This document shows positions 52,432 to 60,288 of a stretch of 64,000 nucleotides of DNA, in pieces (position 1 is the stretch's first letter; every line of letters begins with the position of its first letter). The stretch is from an uncultured Solirubrobacterales bacterium. GTDB lineage: Bacteria > Actinomycetota > Thermoleophilia > Solirubrobacterales > Solirubrobacteraceae. Position numbers and translations under genes: made by a program. The stretch lies in assembly GCA_963703135.1 (NCBI GenBank), contig OY969791.1:46954-110953 (forward strand), written 5' to 3'. The notes beneath the pieces were generated by a model. That model made no database searches. It was not told the DNA's origin and worked only from the letters and a program-made list of their open reading frames with translations.

Positions 52432-54351
52432 ATGGCCGCCAAGTTGCGCGCGCCAGGGCTCTACCGCGCGTTCTTCGCGTTCTTCGTGGGCATCGCCTTC
52501 GCGGCCGGGCTGACCTGGCTGGTGCGGATGGCCACTGGCCACTCCACCTATCACCATTTCTTCAGCGAGGAACCGATCATGGCGGTCTCGCTGATCACGG
52601 CGCCGATCTTCTTCTTGGTCGGCTTGGGCGGCTTCGACTACTGGATCTATTGGGCCTCCGGTCGACCCACACGGCCCGAGGATCACTCGAGCCACGGGGC
52701 CACCAGCTGGAAGGACTACTTCAGGATCAACACCGATCACAAGGTGATCGGCATTCAATACACCGTCACCGCCTTCTTCTTCCTGTTCGTGGGCGGCTTG
52801 ATGGCGATGCTGATGCGCATTCAGCTGGCTCAGCCGGGCGCGGAGTTCGTGAGCGCCAACACCTACAACGGACTGTTCTCGGTACACGCCTCGCTACTCA
52901 TCTTCCTGTTCGTGATCCCGGTCTTCGCGGGCCTGGCCAACTACGTCCTGCCGCTGATGATCGGCGCGCCGGACATGGCCTTCCCGCGCCTGAACGCTCT
53001 CTCCTACTGGCTCTTGCCACTGGCGGGCCTGATGATGCTGCTGAGCTTTGCGGCGCCGGGCGGGGCATTCGCCGACGGTTGGACCGCATACGCGCCGCTG
53101 TCGATCGACGCTCCGATCGGCCAGGATTTCTTCTCGGTCGGCGTCCAGTTCGCAGGCGCCTCCTCGATCATGACCGCGCTGAACTTCCTGGTCACGATCA
53201 TCACGATGAGGGCGCCGGGGATGAGCTTCTTCCGGATGCCCTTGCTCGTGTGGGCCAACTTCGCGACCTCCCTGCTGGTGGTGATCGCGACCCCGTTCAT
53301 CGCGGCCTCCCAGTTCTTCGTGCTGCTCGACCGAGGCCTCGGCTTCAACTTCTTCGACGCCGGCAAGGGTGGGGACGTGCTCATGTATCAGCACGTCTTC
53401 TGGTTCTACTCGCACCCGGCCGTCTACATCATGATGCTGCCCGGCTTCGGCATCATCAGCGAAATCATCGCCGTGAAGGCACGCAAACCAATCTTCGGCT
53501 ACCGCATGATGGCCTTCTCGCTCTTGGCGATCGTGGGTCTGGGCTTCACCGTGTGGGCCCACCACATGTTCACCTCGGGCATGGCCGCCTGGATCAGGAT
53601 CCCGATGGCGATCACGACCTGCATCATCGCGGTGCCCACCGGGATCAAGATCTTCTCCTGGCTTGCGACCCTGTGGCGTGGGATCTTGCACCTGGACACG
53701 CCGATGCTCTTCTCGCTCGGCTTCCTCGTGACCTTCACGCTGGGTGGCATCAGCGGCGTGATGCTCGCGATGGTCGTGTTCGACATCCACGTGAGCGCCA
53801 GCTACTTCATCGTCGCGCACATCCACTACGTGCTGTTCGGCGGCTCGTTGATGACGATCTTCGCGGGCGTCTACTACTGGTTCCCAAAGATGACCGGGCG
53901 CATGTACGACGAGCGCCTGGGCAAGTGGCACTTCTGGAGCACCTTCATCTTCTTCAACCTGACCTTCGGCCCGATGCACGTGCTCGGCCTCCAGGGGATG
54001 CCGCGCAGGGTGCCCACATATGCAGCCAAGTTCGCCGACCTCAACCTGCTGATCTCGATCGCGAGCTTCGGGCTGGGGCTGACCACGCTGATCTTCCTCT
54101 ACAACATGGTCACCAGCTGGCGCGGCGGCCCGCGCGCGACCAACAACCCATGGCGCGGCATGACGATCGAGTGGCAGGTCTCCTCGCCGCCGCCGGTGTT
54201 CAACTTCGACCGTATCCCGACCGTGGTGGGCGGCCCCTACGAGTACGGCGTGCCCGGCGCGGTACACGGCACTTTCGCTCCCGCCCCGGTCCCAGCCACA
54301 GTCGGCGGCGCGGCAGGCGGCTCAGGCGTCGTCCACAGGCACACCGAGTGA
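52432..54351 (+). CDS. ctaD: Cytochrome c oxidase subunit I (copy 2) with a ~70-aa N-terminal two-TM extension
   Basis: NTDHKVIGIQY..LFSVHASLLIFL..WFYSHPAVYI..WAHHMF..HYVLFGG. These are preceded by about 100 residues containing LYRAFFAFFVGIAFAAGLTWLV and IMAVSLITAPIFFLVGLGGFDYWIYW. Confidence 0.9.
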   Translation: MAAKLRAPGLYRAFFAFFVGIAFAAGLTWLVRMATGHSTYHHFFSEEPIMAVSLITAPIFFLVGLGGFDYWIYWASGRPTRPEDHSSHGATSWKDYFRINTDHKVIGIQYTVTAFFFLFVGGLMAMLMRIQLAQPGAEFVSANTYNGLFSVHASLLIFLFVIPVFAGLANYVLPLMIGAPDMAFPRLNALSYWLLPLAGLMMLLSFAAPGGAFADGWTAYAPLSIDAPIGQDFFSVGVQFAGASSIMTALNFLVTIITMRAPGMSFFRMPLLVWANFATSLLVVIATPFIAASQFFVLLDRGLGFNFFDAGKGGDVLMYQHVFWFYSHPAVYIMMLPGFGIISEIIAVKARKPIFGYRMMAFSLLAIVGLGFTVWAHHMFTSGMAAWIRIPMAITTCIIAVPTGIKIFSWLATLWRGILHLDTPMLFSLGFLVTFTLGGISGVMLAMVVFDIHVSASYFIVAHIHYVLFGGSLMTIFAGVYYWFPKMTGRMYDERLGKWHFWSTFIFFNLTFGPMHVLGLQGMPRRVPTYAAKFADLNLLISIASFGLGLTTLIFLYNMVTSWRGGPRATNNPWRGMTIEWQVSSPPPVFNFDRIPTVVGGPYEYGVPGAVHGTFAPAPVPATVGGAAGGSGVVHRHTE

Positions 54352-54364
54352 GAGGGATGGGTCG

Positions 54365-55213
54365 ATGACGGAAATACTGGTAGTGGCCAACCGCACGCTC
54401 GGCGGCGAGAAGCTGCTCGAGACGGTGCGCGAGCGCGCCGCCGCGGGCGACGTGAGCTTCCGACTCGTCGTTCCGCAGACCAAGCCTTCGGCGGGCCTGA
54501 TCTTCCACGACGAAACGGTGCGGGAATCGGCCCAGGTACGCATCGATCTGGCGACTTCGCTGCTGGCCAGCGAGGGCATCGCGGCAACCGGCGAAGTCGG
54601 CGACGCCGACCCCTTCCTGGCGACGATGGACGCCATCGCCCAGCAGCGGCCCGACGAGGTCATCGTCTCCACCCATCCCGCCACGCAGTCGGGATGGCTG
54701 CGCAGAGATCTGATCGAGCGCATACAGAGGGCCTCGGGACTGCCGGTCGAGCACATCGTCGTGGACCTCGCCCAAGAGGGTCTGCCGTTCGGCGTGACTT
54801 TGGTCGTGGCGCACAAGACCTCCAGCGGCGACGAGCTGATCGAGCGCCTTTCGGCCAAGGCCACCGGCGAGGAGCGCCACCTGTTCATCGCCGTCGTCCC
54901 CCAACAGGACCGCAGCGGCGCCGCCCACCGTGAGGCGCGCATCCGCCTCGCAGCGATGCTCGAACGACTCGATGGGGCCGGGCTCTTGAGCGCCGGCATG
55001 ATCGGCGATCCGGACCCCTACACGGCGGTTATGAACGCGCTGGAGCTCTTCCAAGTCAATGACATCGTGATCTCCACGCTGCCCAAAGAGCGCTCGGGGT
55101 GGCTGCGCAGCGATCTGATCGGGCGTGTTCGCCACGCGACCCCCGCGCCGGTTGAGCACGTGGTCGTCGACGCGGGCGCCACCGTGGCAGGCGCCACAGG
55201 CGGGGAGGCCTGA
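54365..55213 (+). CDS. Tandem-duplicated alpha/beta (USP-like?) domain protein of unknown function embedded in the oxidase operon
   Basis: The two ~135-aa halves align. ILVVANRTLGGEKLLETVRER..FRLVVPQ matches TLVVAHKTSSGDELIERLSAK..FIAVVPQ. GDADPFLATMDAIAQQRPDEVIVSTHPATQSGWLRRDLIERI..PVEHIVVD matches GDPDPYTAVMNALELFQVNDIVISTLPKERSGWLRSDLIGRV..PVEHVVVD. The start is 14 nt after the ctaD2 stop, and the stop overlaps the ctaE start (TGATG). Confidence 0.75.
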   Translation: MTEILVVANRTLGGEKLLETVRERAAAGDVSFRLVVPQTKPSAGLIFHDETVRESAQVRIDLATSLLASEGIAATGEVGDADPFLATMDAIAQQRPDEVIVSTHPATQSGWLRRDLIERIQRASGLPVEHIVVDLAQEGLPFGVTLVVAHKTSSGDELIERLSAKATGEERHLFIAVVPQQDRSGAAHREARIRLAAMLERLDGAGLLSAGMIGDPDPYTAVMNALELFQVNDIVISTLPKERSGWLRSDLIGRVRHATPAPVEHVVVDAGATVAGATGGEA

Positions 55214-55839
55214 TGGAGGCCGCCAGCATCGCTCACGCAGGCGGGCACGACGCCCACGCGGGCGACCATCACGGTCCCCCGATCGCCAACCGCAGCTCGC
55301 GCGTGGAGCCGCAGCTGCTGGGGATGCTGCTTTTCATCATTTCCGAGGTGATGGTCTTCGGCGCGTTCTTCACGGCCTACTTCTTCATCAGGGTGGCCCA
55401 GGGCGACCCCTGGCCCGCGCCGGGCACGCATCTGCCCCTGGAAGTGGCGGGCGTGAACACGGCGATCCTGGTGTCCTCCTCGTTCACGTTGCACTGGGCC
55501 GAGCAGGCCTTGAAGAAAGGCAACCATTTCGGGCTGAAGGCGGGAATGTTGACCACCTTCCTGCTCGGTTGCGCGTTCTTGTTCATCCAGATCAACGAGT
55601 ACGCCAACATCGGCTTCGCTCCCCAAGATCAAGCCCAGGCGACGATCTTCTATTCCTTGACCGGCCTGCACGGCGCCCACGTGTTCATCGGACTCGTGCT
55701 GCTCCTGATCGTGACCATCAGAGCGTTCCGGGGCCACTACTCGCCCGAGGAGCGCCGCGGCGTCGAAATCCCCGGTATCTACTGGCACTTCGTGGACATC
55801 ATGTGGATAGTCGTCTACACAACGGTCTACGTGATCTGA
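55213..55839 (+). CDS. ctaE: Cytochrome c oxidase subunit III
   Basis: LGMLLFIISEVMVFGAFFTAYF..YSLTGLHGAHVFIGL..IYWHFVDIMWIVVY. Confidence 0.92.
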   Translation: MEAASIAHAGGHDAHAGDHHGPPIANRSSRVEPQLLGMLLFIISEVMVFGAFFTAYFFIRVAQGDPWPAPGTHLPLEVAGVNTAILVSSSFTLHWAEQALKKGNHFGLKAGMLTTFLLGCAFLFIQINEYANIGFAPQDQAQATIFYSLTGLHGAHVFIGLVLLLIVTIRAFRGHYSPEERRGVEIPGIYWHFVDIMWIVVYTTVYVI

Positions 55840-55957
55840 CGGTCGTGGACACGGCGCATTCCGGCGTCCTCAGCCGCTTGTGTGCAGAGCACACGGCGCG
55901 GCCTGCGTCCTTGGACTGCTTGGTCCACAACCGTCAGACGCTTTCCTGGAGATCATT

Positions 55958-56068
55958 TTGCTGAACCCTCTGCGCAGCGAGGACGAGGCTTTTCGCTTCC
56001 TGCTCTACGCGATCGCTGTGATCGCGGCGATCGTCGTTGCGATCTTGGTCTTGCGCGCGGTCCTCTAG
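55958..56068 (+). CDS. Possible 36-aa single-TM micro-ORF after ctaE
   Basis: A TTG start preceded by GGAG with a 6-nt spacer gives LLNPLRSEDEAFRFLLYAIAVIAAIVVAILVLRAVL. It lies inside track ORF 55880..56068. Confidence 0.35.
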   Translation: MLNPLRSEDEAFRFLLYAIAVIAAIVVAILVLRAVL

Positions 56069-56077
56069 GACCGTCGG

Positions 56078-56842
56078 CTACTTGACGGTCAGCGTGCCGA
56101 ACATCCCGGCCGCACGGTGGCCGGGGGCCTGACAGAAGAAGGTGTAGGTGCCCGGCTTGAGCGTGACTTTGATCAAAACGGTGCCCTTGCTCACAAACTG
56201 GCTGGCGGCAAGCACCGAACCTTTGGCTGTGGCGCCCCCGGCTCCCGCTTCCACCGCAATGTTGTGGGAGACGCCCGACATGTTGGGCATCGAGATCGAG
56301 ACCGATCCGGGTTCGGCGTTGGCCTTATTGGTGAGATAGGCAAGCTGGCCGGTCGGATCGGCCGGGATTTCAAGCTTGCCGCCCTTCTCGACCGCGGGCT
56401 TGCCCGATCCGGGCGCCTTGACGGCGCTTGCGAGCAGGCCCGTGTCCTGACCGGGCCTGTCGACCGATTGGGCGACATAAGCCGCGATGCTCGCGAGCTC
56501 GGTCCCGCTGGCCAGGCCGCTCGGCATCGCTCCGAAGCGGTTGGGATTCTGGACCTGGCCTTCGACGGCGGTCTGCACCGAACTGCGGCGCAGGCCTTCG
56601 CTCAGATCAGCCCTGAATGCTTCGTCCAAGTTCGGTCCCACGTTGCCCTTCGTGTTGGCGCGGGCGAGCGTGTGGCAGGAGCCGCACTTGGCGACGAACT
56701 GCTGCTTGCCCGCGATCAAATCGGCGTCTTCGCCGCGCTTGGCCGCGCCGCAGCCACAGACGCCGACCAGCAGGCAGCCGGCGGCCAGCAGAGCACCGAA
56801 GCGGCGCGCGCGAGACCCACGATGACTCGTCCCCAAAGACAT
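56078..56842 (-). CDS. Lipoprotein fusing a mono-heme cytochrome c domain to a type-1 (blue) copper cupredoxin domain
   Basis: ATG at 56842. Lipobox LLAAGCLLVGVCGCG. Heme motif KCGSCHTL with distal GAMPSG. The C-terminal HNIAVEAG..YTFFCQAPGHRAAGMFGTLTVK provides the His, Cys-x4-His-x4-Met ligand set. Confidence 0.8.
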   Translation of the reverse strand: MSLGTSHRGSRARRFGALLAAGCLLVGVCGCGAAKRGEDADLIAGKQQFVAKCGSCHTLARANTKGNVGPNLDEAFRADLSEGLRRSSVQTAVEGQVQNPNRFGAMPSGLASGTELASIAAYVAQSVDRPGQDTGLLASAVKAPGSGKPAVEKGGKLEIPADPTGQLAYLTNKANAEPGSVSISMPNMSGVSHNIAVEAGAGGATAKGSVLAASQFVSKGTVLIKVTLKPGTYTFFCQAPGHRAAGMFGTLTVK

Positions 56843-56855
56843 CAGCGCCGAAACT

Positions 56856-58310
56856 CTATCCAAAGGGTCGGGCGACGGGCTCCCCGAGCGCAGCGGCGAC
56901 CACGCTCCGGGCAACTCCCTGCCAAGACCAGCGCTCTCGTACCGTCGAGACGAGCGCTTGGCGGGTCTGTGCCTGGAGCTGGGCATCGGCCGACAGCCAG
57001 CCCACGATTCGCTCGGCGATCGCCTGCGCGGCGTGCTCGTCGATCGGAAACGAGAGCCACGGGGCGGCCTGCCGGGGCACGTGTTCGCCAAGTGTGTTGC
57101 TCACCTCGGCCAAGCCCGAATGGGCGGCGCTGATCGGCAGGACACCACAGGCCGCGGCCTCCGCGGCGACCATTCCGAAAGCCTCGGGGAAGATGCTCGG
57201 GACGACCAGCGCCTGGCACAACGCGAGCACGTGGTAGAGCTCGTCGTGTTCGAGGCGGCCCGTGAAGATCGCCCGCTCGCCCAGCGGCTCCGCCTGGGCC
57301 TGGAAGCGCTCGGCGTCCGAGCCGAAGCCGATCACCACCAGCAGAGCTTTCGGGCGGCGCTCCAGGACCATCGACCAAGCATCGAGCAGGAGCTCCACAC
57401 CCTTGGCCGCGATCAGCTTGCCGACGAAGGCGACCACTTCTCCCCCGCCTTCGGGAGTGGAGCGCCGTGCAGCCAGCACGCGCTCGAGCGCGTCCGCGAT
57501 GGCCGGCTCGTCGCGGGAGAAGGCGTCGTCGCTCTCGCCGCTGGCACCAGCCTGGCCCGCGCGGAGTTGAGCGATCAGCGCGCTCAACTCGACCTCCGCC
57601 TGCTCGGGCTCGCGCGGGACGAAGCGCTCCACGTCAACGCCAGGCGGACCGAGCCGGGTGCGAGCCCTGATCGAGCCGGCCCCCTCATCCTCCTCGCCCA
57701 GAGCCTCCCACAGGCTCTCGGCGGTATGCCTGGAGCCGACCAGCACCGTGCGGGCCTGAGCGAGGCCCTCGCGGGCGTAGCCGAGGAAGCGCTCCGGCTG
57801 CGCCTTGACCGTGTACTCGAGCGCGCTGCCGTGGACCTTCACGGCGTAGGGAACCCGCCCCCCGAGCGCGCGGGCGAGGATCGCCGGGCCCATCACCAGG
57901 TGGTTGGCCAAAGCCACGTCTGGGCGCACCGACTCGAGAAGCTCGCGCACAGCCTCCACGTTTGCCTGCACGTAAGCGGCGACCTCGGCATCGGTGCAGT
58001 CGGCAAACGCCTTGGCTTCGATGCCCTCGTAGCGATCCTGCACGTAGACGGGCAGCAGACCGCCGATATCTGGCCGGTACACGGTGCAAGGCGCACCCTC
58101 GCCGGCCGCCTCTTTCAGGGATCTCAGCACCAGCCTGCCGCTGTCCCAGTCCCCCGCGGCGTCCACGAACGGTTGGCGCTCCGGGTGGCGCTCCTGGCAG
58201 AGCAGGTGCACCTCGTGTCCCAGCCGTGTCAAAGCGTCTGCCAAGCGCGCGTTGTAGACGTTGGAGCCGGTCCCGCTCAGCAGGTAGCCATGGAAGATAA
58301 GGATGCGCAA
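56856..58310 (-). CDS. Glycosyltransferase family 4 (GT-B)
   Basis: MRILIFHGYLLSGTGSNVYNARLADAL..HLL.. and the C-terminal VVPSIFPEAFGMVAAEAAACGVLPI (E-x7-E region). Confidence 0.85.
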   Translation of the reverse strand: MRILIFHGYLLSGTGSNVYNARLADALTRLGHEVHLLCQERHPERQPFVDAAGDWDSGRLVLRSLKEAAGEGAPCTVYRPDIGGLLPVYVQDRYEGIEAKAFADCTDAEVAAYVQANVEAVRELLESVRPDVALANHLVMGPAILARALGGRVPYAVKVHGSALEYTVKAQPERFLGYAREGLAQARTVLVGSRHTAESLWEALGEEDEGAGSIRARTRLGPPGVDVERFVPREPEQAEVELSALIAQLRAGQAGASGESDDAFSRDEPAIADALERVLAARRSTPEGGGEVVAFVGKLIAAKGVELLLDAWSMVLERRPKALLVVIGFGSDAERFQAQAEPLGERAIFTGRLEHDELYHVLALCQALVVPSIFPEAFGMVAAEAAACGVLPISAAHSGLAEVSNTLGEHVPRQAAPWLSFPIDEHAAQAIAERIVGWLSADAQLQAQTRQALVSTVRERWSWQGVARSVVAAALGEPVARPFG

Positions 58311-58355
58311 GCCCTTGAGCCTATCCGGCTGGACGCTCCGCTAAAGTGCGCGAGC

Positions 58356-58625
58356 GTGACTGCCAATCAGCTCTATCGCCTGCGCACCCCTTCGACGGGT
58401 CGCGAGGTGCTGCTCGAAGCCGTCCCCGGCGAGATCTACCGCGATCGCGATACCGGCGAGGAGATGGAGATCGTGGGGAAGGTCCTCCCGCTGGCCCCGG
58501 ACCCCTCGAAGCTGCCTTGGGCCGTTGAGAATCTGCGCTTCTGTCCCTGGTGCGACCAGCTCGCCCAGAAGGATCTCAACGATTGCCCGACCTGCGGCCG
58601 GCGCATGGGCCCCTTGGGCGCGTGA
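58356..58625 (+). CDS. Small zinc-ribbon protein
   Basis: The last ~89 codons of track ORF 56958..58625 read VTANQLYRLRTPSTGREVLLEAVPGEIYRDRDTGEEMEIVGKV..FCPWCDQLAQKDLNDCPTCGRRM (CxxC-x10-CxxC). The start is uncertain. Confidence 0.5.
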   Translation: MTANQLYRLRTPSTGREVLLEAVPGEIYRDRDTGEEMEIVGKVLPLAPDPSKLPWAVENLRFCPWCDQLAQKDLNDCPTCGRRMGPLGA

Positions 58626-59050
58626 GCGGCGACCGCACCCGTGGCCGCCTGATAGCGCTCGGCGCGAGCGCCCTGATCGTCCTCGGCGGCCTCGGCCTGT
58701 CCGCGTGCGGTGGCAGCAAAGTCTCCGAAGAGGTGCCCAAGAGCACCCCCGAAATCATCCCGCCCAACGACACCTCGGCGGAAAAGCAGGCGACCGAAAC
58801 GACCTCCACGTCGACCACCGCCACGACGTCCACCACCCCCACGACCACCGGCAGCGAAGAATCCTCGAGCTCGAAAGGGGAATCGGGCGGTACGGCCTCC
58901 GAAGAAAAATCGGAATCCGCCGAAAGCGGCGCCGCCGGCGGCACCTCCGCCGGCGAATCGGAAAAAGCGTCCTCTGAAAAATCCTCCGAAAGCACCGAAA
59001 AAGCTTCTTCGGGGGGCGTCGGTTCCAGCGGCGGCGCCAGCGCGCCCTAG
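58622..59050 (+). CDS. Ser/Thr/Glu-rich low-complexity lipoprotein
   Basis: The GTG overlaps the upstream stop (GTGA). Lipobox LIVLGGLGLSACGG. It continues ..TETTSTSTTATTSTTPTTTGSEESSSSKGESGG.. Confidence 0.6.
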   Translation: MSGDRTRGRLIALGASALIVLGGLGLSACGGSKVSEEVPKSTPEIIPPNDTSAEKQATETTSTSTTATTSTTPTTTGSEESSSSKGESGGTASEEKSESAESGAAGGTSAGESEKASSEKSSESTEKASSGGVGSSGGASAP

Positions 59051-59112
59051 CCTAGAGTCCCCCCGCCCGATTTTCCGATTCGCCTACTCGTGCGCGGCGG
59101 CTGGGGACGCGA

Positions 59113-59787
59113 TCAGGGAGTGGAAATCAGAGTCGCGCTGTAGGTCAGCCGCGCGGTCTGATAGAGGCAGTAGTACTGGACGTTGGATCCGACGGTCACC
59201 TGCGAGGTTTGAGTGCCGGTCGTGGTGCATTGCGCCTTGGCGCGGCTCGCTCGCCACGAGGTCGCCTTGCCGAAGCCGAGTGCCAAGGCGGGTGCCCACG
59301 AAGGCACGGTCAGGGCCACGATGTCGCCCTTCTTGACCGGCAAGGTCGTGGCCAGCGGAAACTGGGCGGTCTTGCCGAAGTACGGTTCGAGTGGCACCAC
59401 CGGGCTTTGGCTGATCAGCTTGTAGGTCAATTTGGGGCTCTTCTGGGCCCTCAAGATCGCGATTCCCGCCGACGCGGGCCCACCCTCATTCGCGTTGAAG
59501 TACTTGATCTGGGTGGCTGTCGGCTTGCCCAAGCTGATCGTCCAGGCCACGATCGTGCCCGCGCGCGGGGCCGCCTCGAGGTTGTTGTTGGTTTCGACCT
59601 TGACCTGAAAGCCGGTGGTACGGCTCACCGCCAGGCAGGAGGGCGTGGGGCAGCTGGGAACGGTCGCGGGCGTCGTTTCGGGGATCACGCCGACTTCGGA
59701 AAGGGTGGCAAGCGACCCCGCGGGCAGCACCAGAGCCAGCCCGCAACCGGCGGCGATCGTTGTTATGAGGCGTTTGATGTGGACCAT
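59113..59787 (-). CDS. Secreted hypothetical protein (beta-rich)
   Basis: ATG at 59787. Signal peptide MVHIKRLITTIAAGCGLALVLPAGSLA. I recognise no family. Confidence 0.6.
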   Translation of the reverse strand: MVHIKRLITTIAAGCGLALVLPAGSLATLSEVGVIPETTPATVPSCPTPSCLAVSRTTGFQVKVETNNNLEAAPRAGTIVAWTISLGKPTATQIKYFNANEGGPASAGIAILRAQKSPKLTYKLISQSPVVPLEPYFGKTAQFPLATTLPVKKGDIVALTVPSWAPALALGFGKATSWRASRAKAQCTTTGTQTSQVTVGSNVQYYCLYQTARLTYSATLISTP

Positions 59788-59857
59788 TTCAACAAGAACA
59801 CGGACAAGGCGACGATGTAGCGGTTCGACGTCCACACCCGTTTTCCCCCTTTTGTAG

Positions 59858-60277
59858 TCAGGGCAGCTCGGCTGTGAGCGCCGCGGCAGCGGAGGCTATC
59901 TCAGCGGGATCTCCCGGCGCGGGCACCCAAGGCAGCTTCAGCGGGTCCCCCAAGTAGCGCGGGACCACATGGATGTGGAAGTGGAACACGGTCTGCCACG
60001 CCGCCGCGCCGCACGAGTTGATCAGGTTGACCCCGTCGGCGCCGAGCCCCCGCGTGGCCCGGCGCGCCAAACGTTGAGCCGCCGCGCTCACGACCGCGAG
60101 CTCCCGCGGGTCGATGCTGAGCAGATCGACGGTGTGCTTGCGGGGGATCGCGAGCGCATGCCCACGCGTGGCCGGATTGATGTCCATGAAGGAGATCGTG
60201 TGCTCGTCTTCCTCAACGATCGTCGCCGGTAGCTCACCGGCCACGATCTTGCAGAAGATGCAGTCGGGGTCGCTCAT
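59858..60277 (-). CDS. HIT-family nucleotide hydrolase
   Basis: MSDPDCIFCKIVAGELPATIV..INPATRGHALAIPRKH..VFHFHIHVVPRY (histidine triad). ATG at 60277. Confidence 0.92.
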   Translation of the reverse strand: MSDPDCIFCKIVAGELPATIVEEDEHTISFMDINPATRGHALAIPRKHTVDLLSIDPRELAVVSAAAQRLARRATRGLGADGVNLINSCGAAAWQTVFHFHIHVVPRYLGDPLKLPWVPAPGDPAEIASAAAALTAELP

Positions 60278-60288
60278 CGCGACCAATC

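Noticed and set aside
52650-54368. 572-aa + ORF and 457-aa minus ORF (52894..54267) overlapping ctaD2; likewise 47701..49011 + and 48236..49486 - over ctaD1
   Set aside because: These are alternative frames of unmistakable cytochrome oxidase subunit I genes. Their products are Arg/His/Asp-rich nonsense.
56958-58355. Most of the 555-aa + strand ORF 56958..58625
   Set aside because: It lies antisense to the GT4 glycosyltransferase. Only the last ~89 codons, beyond the GT4 start, look like a real zinc-ribbon protein.
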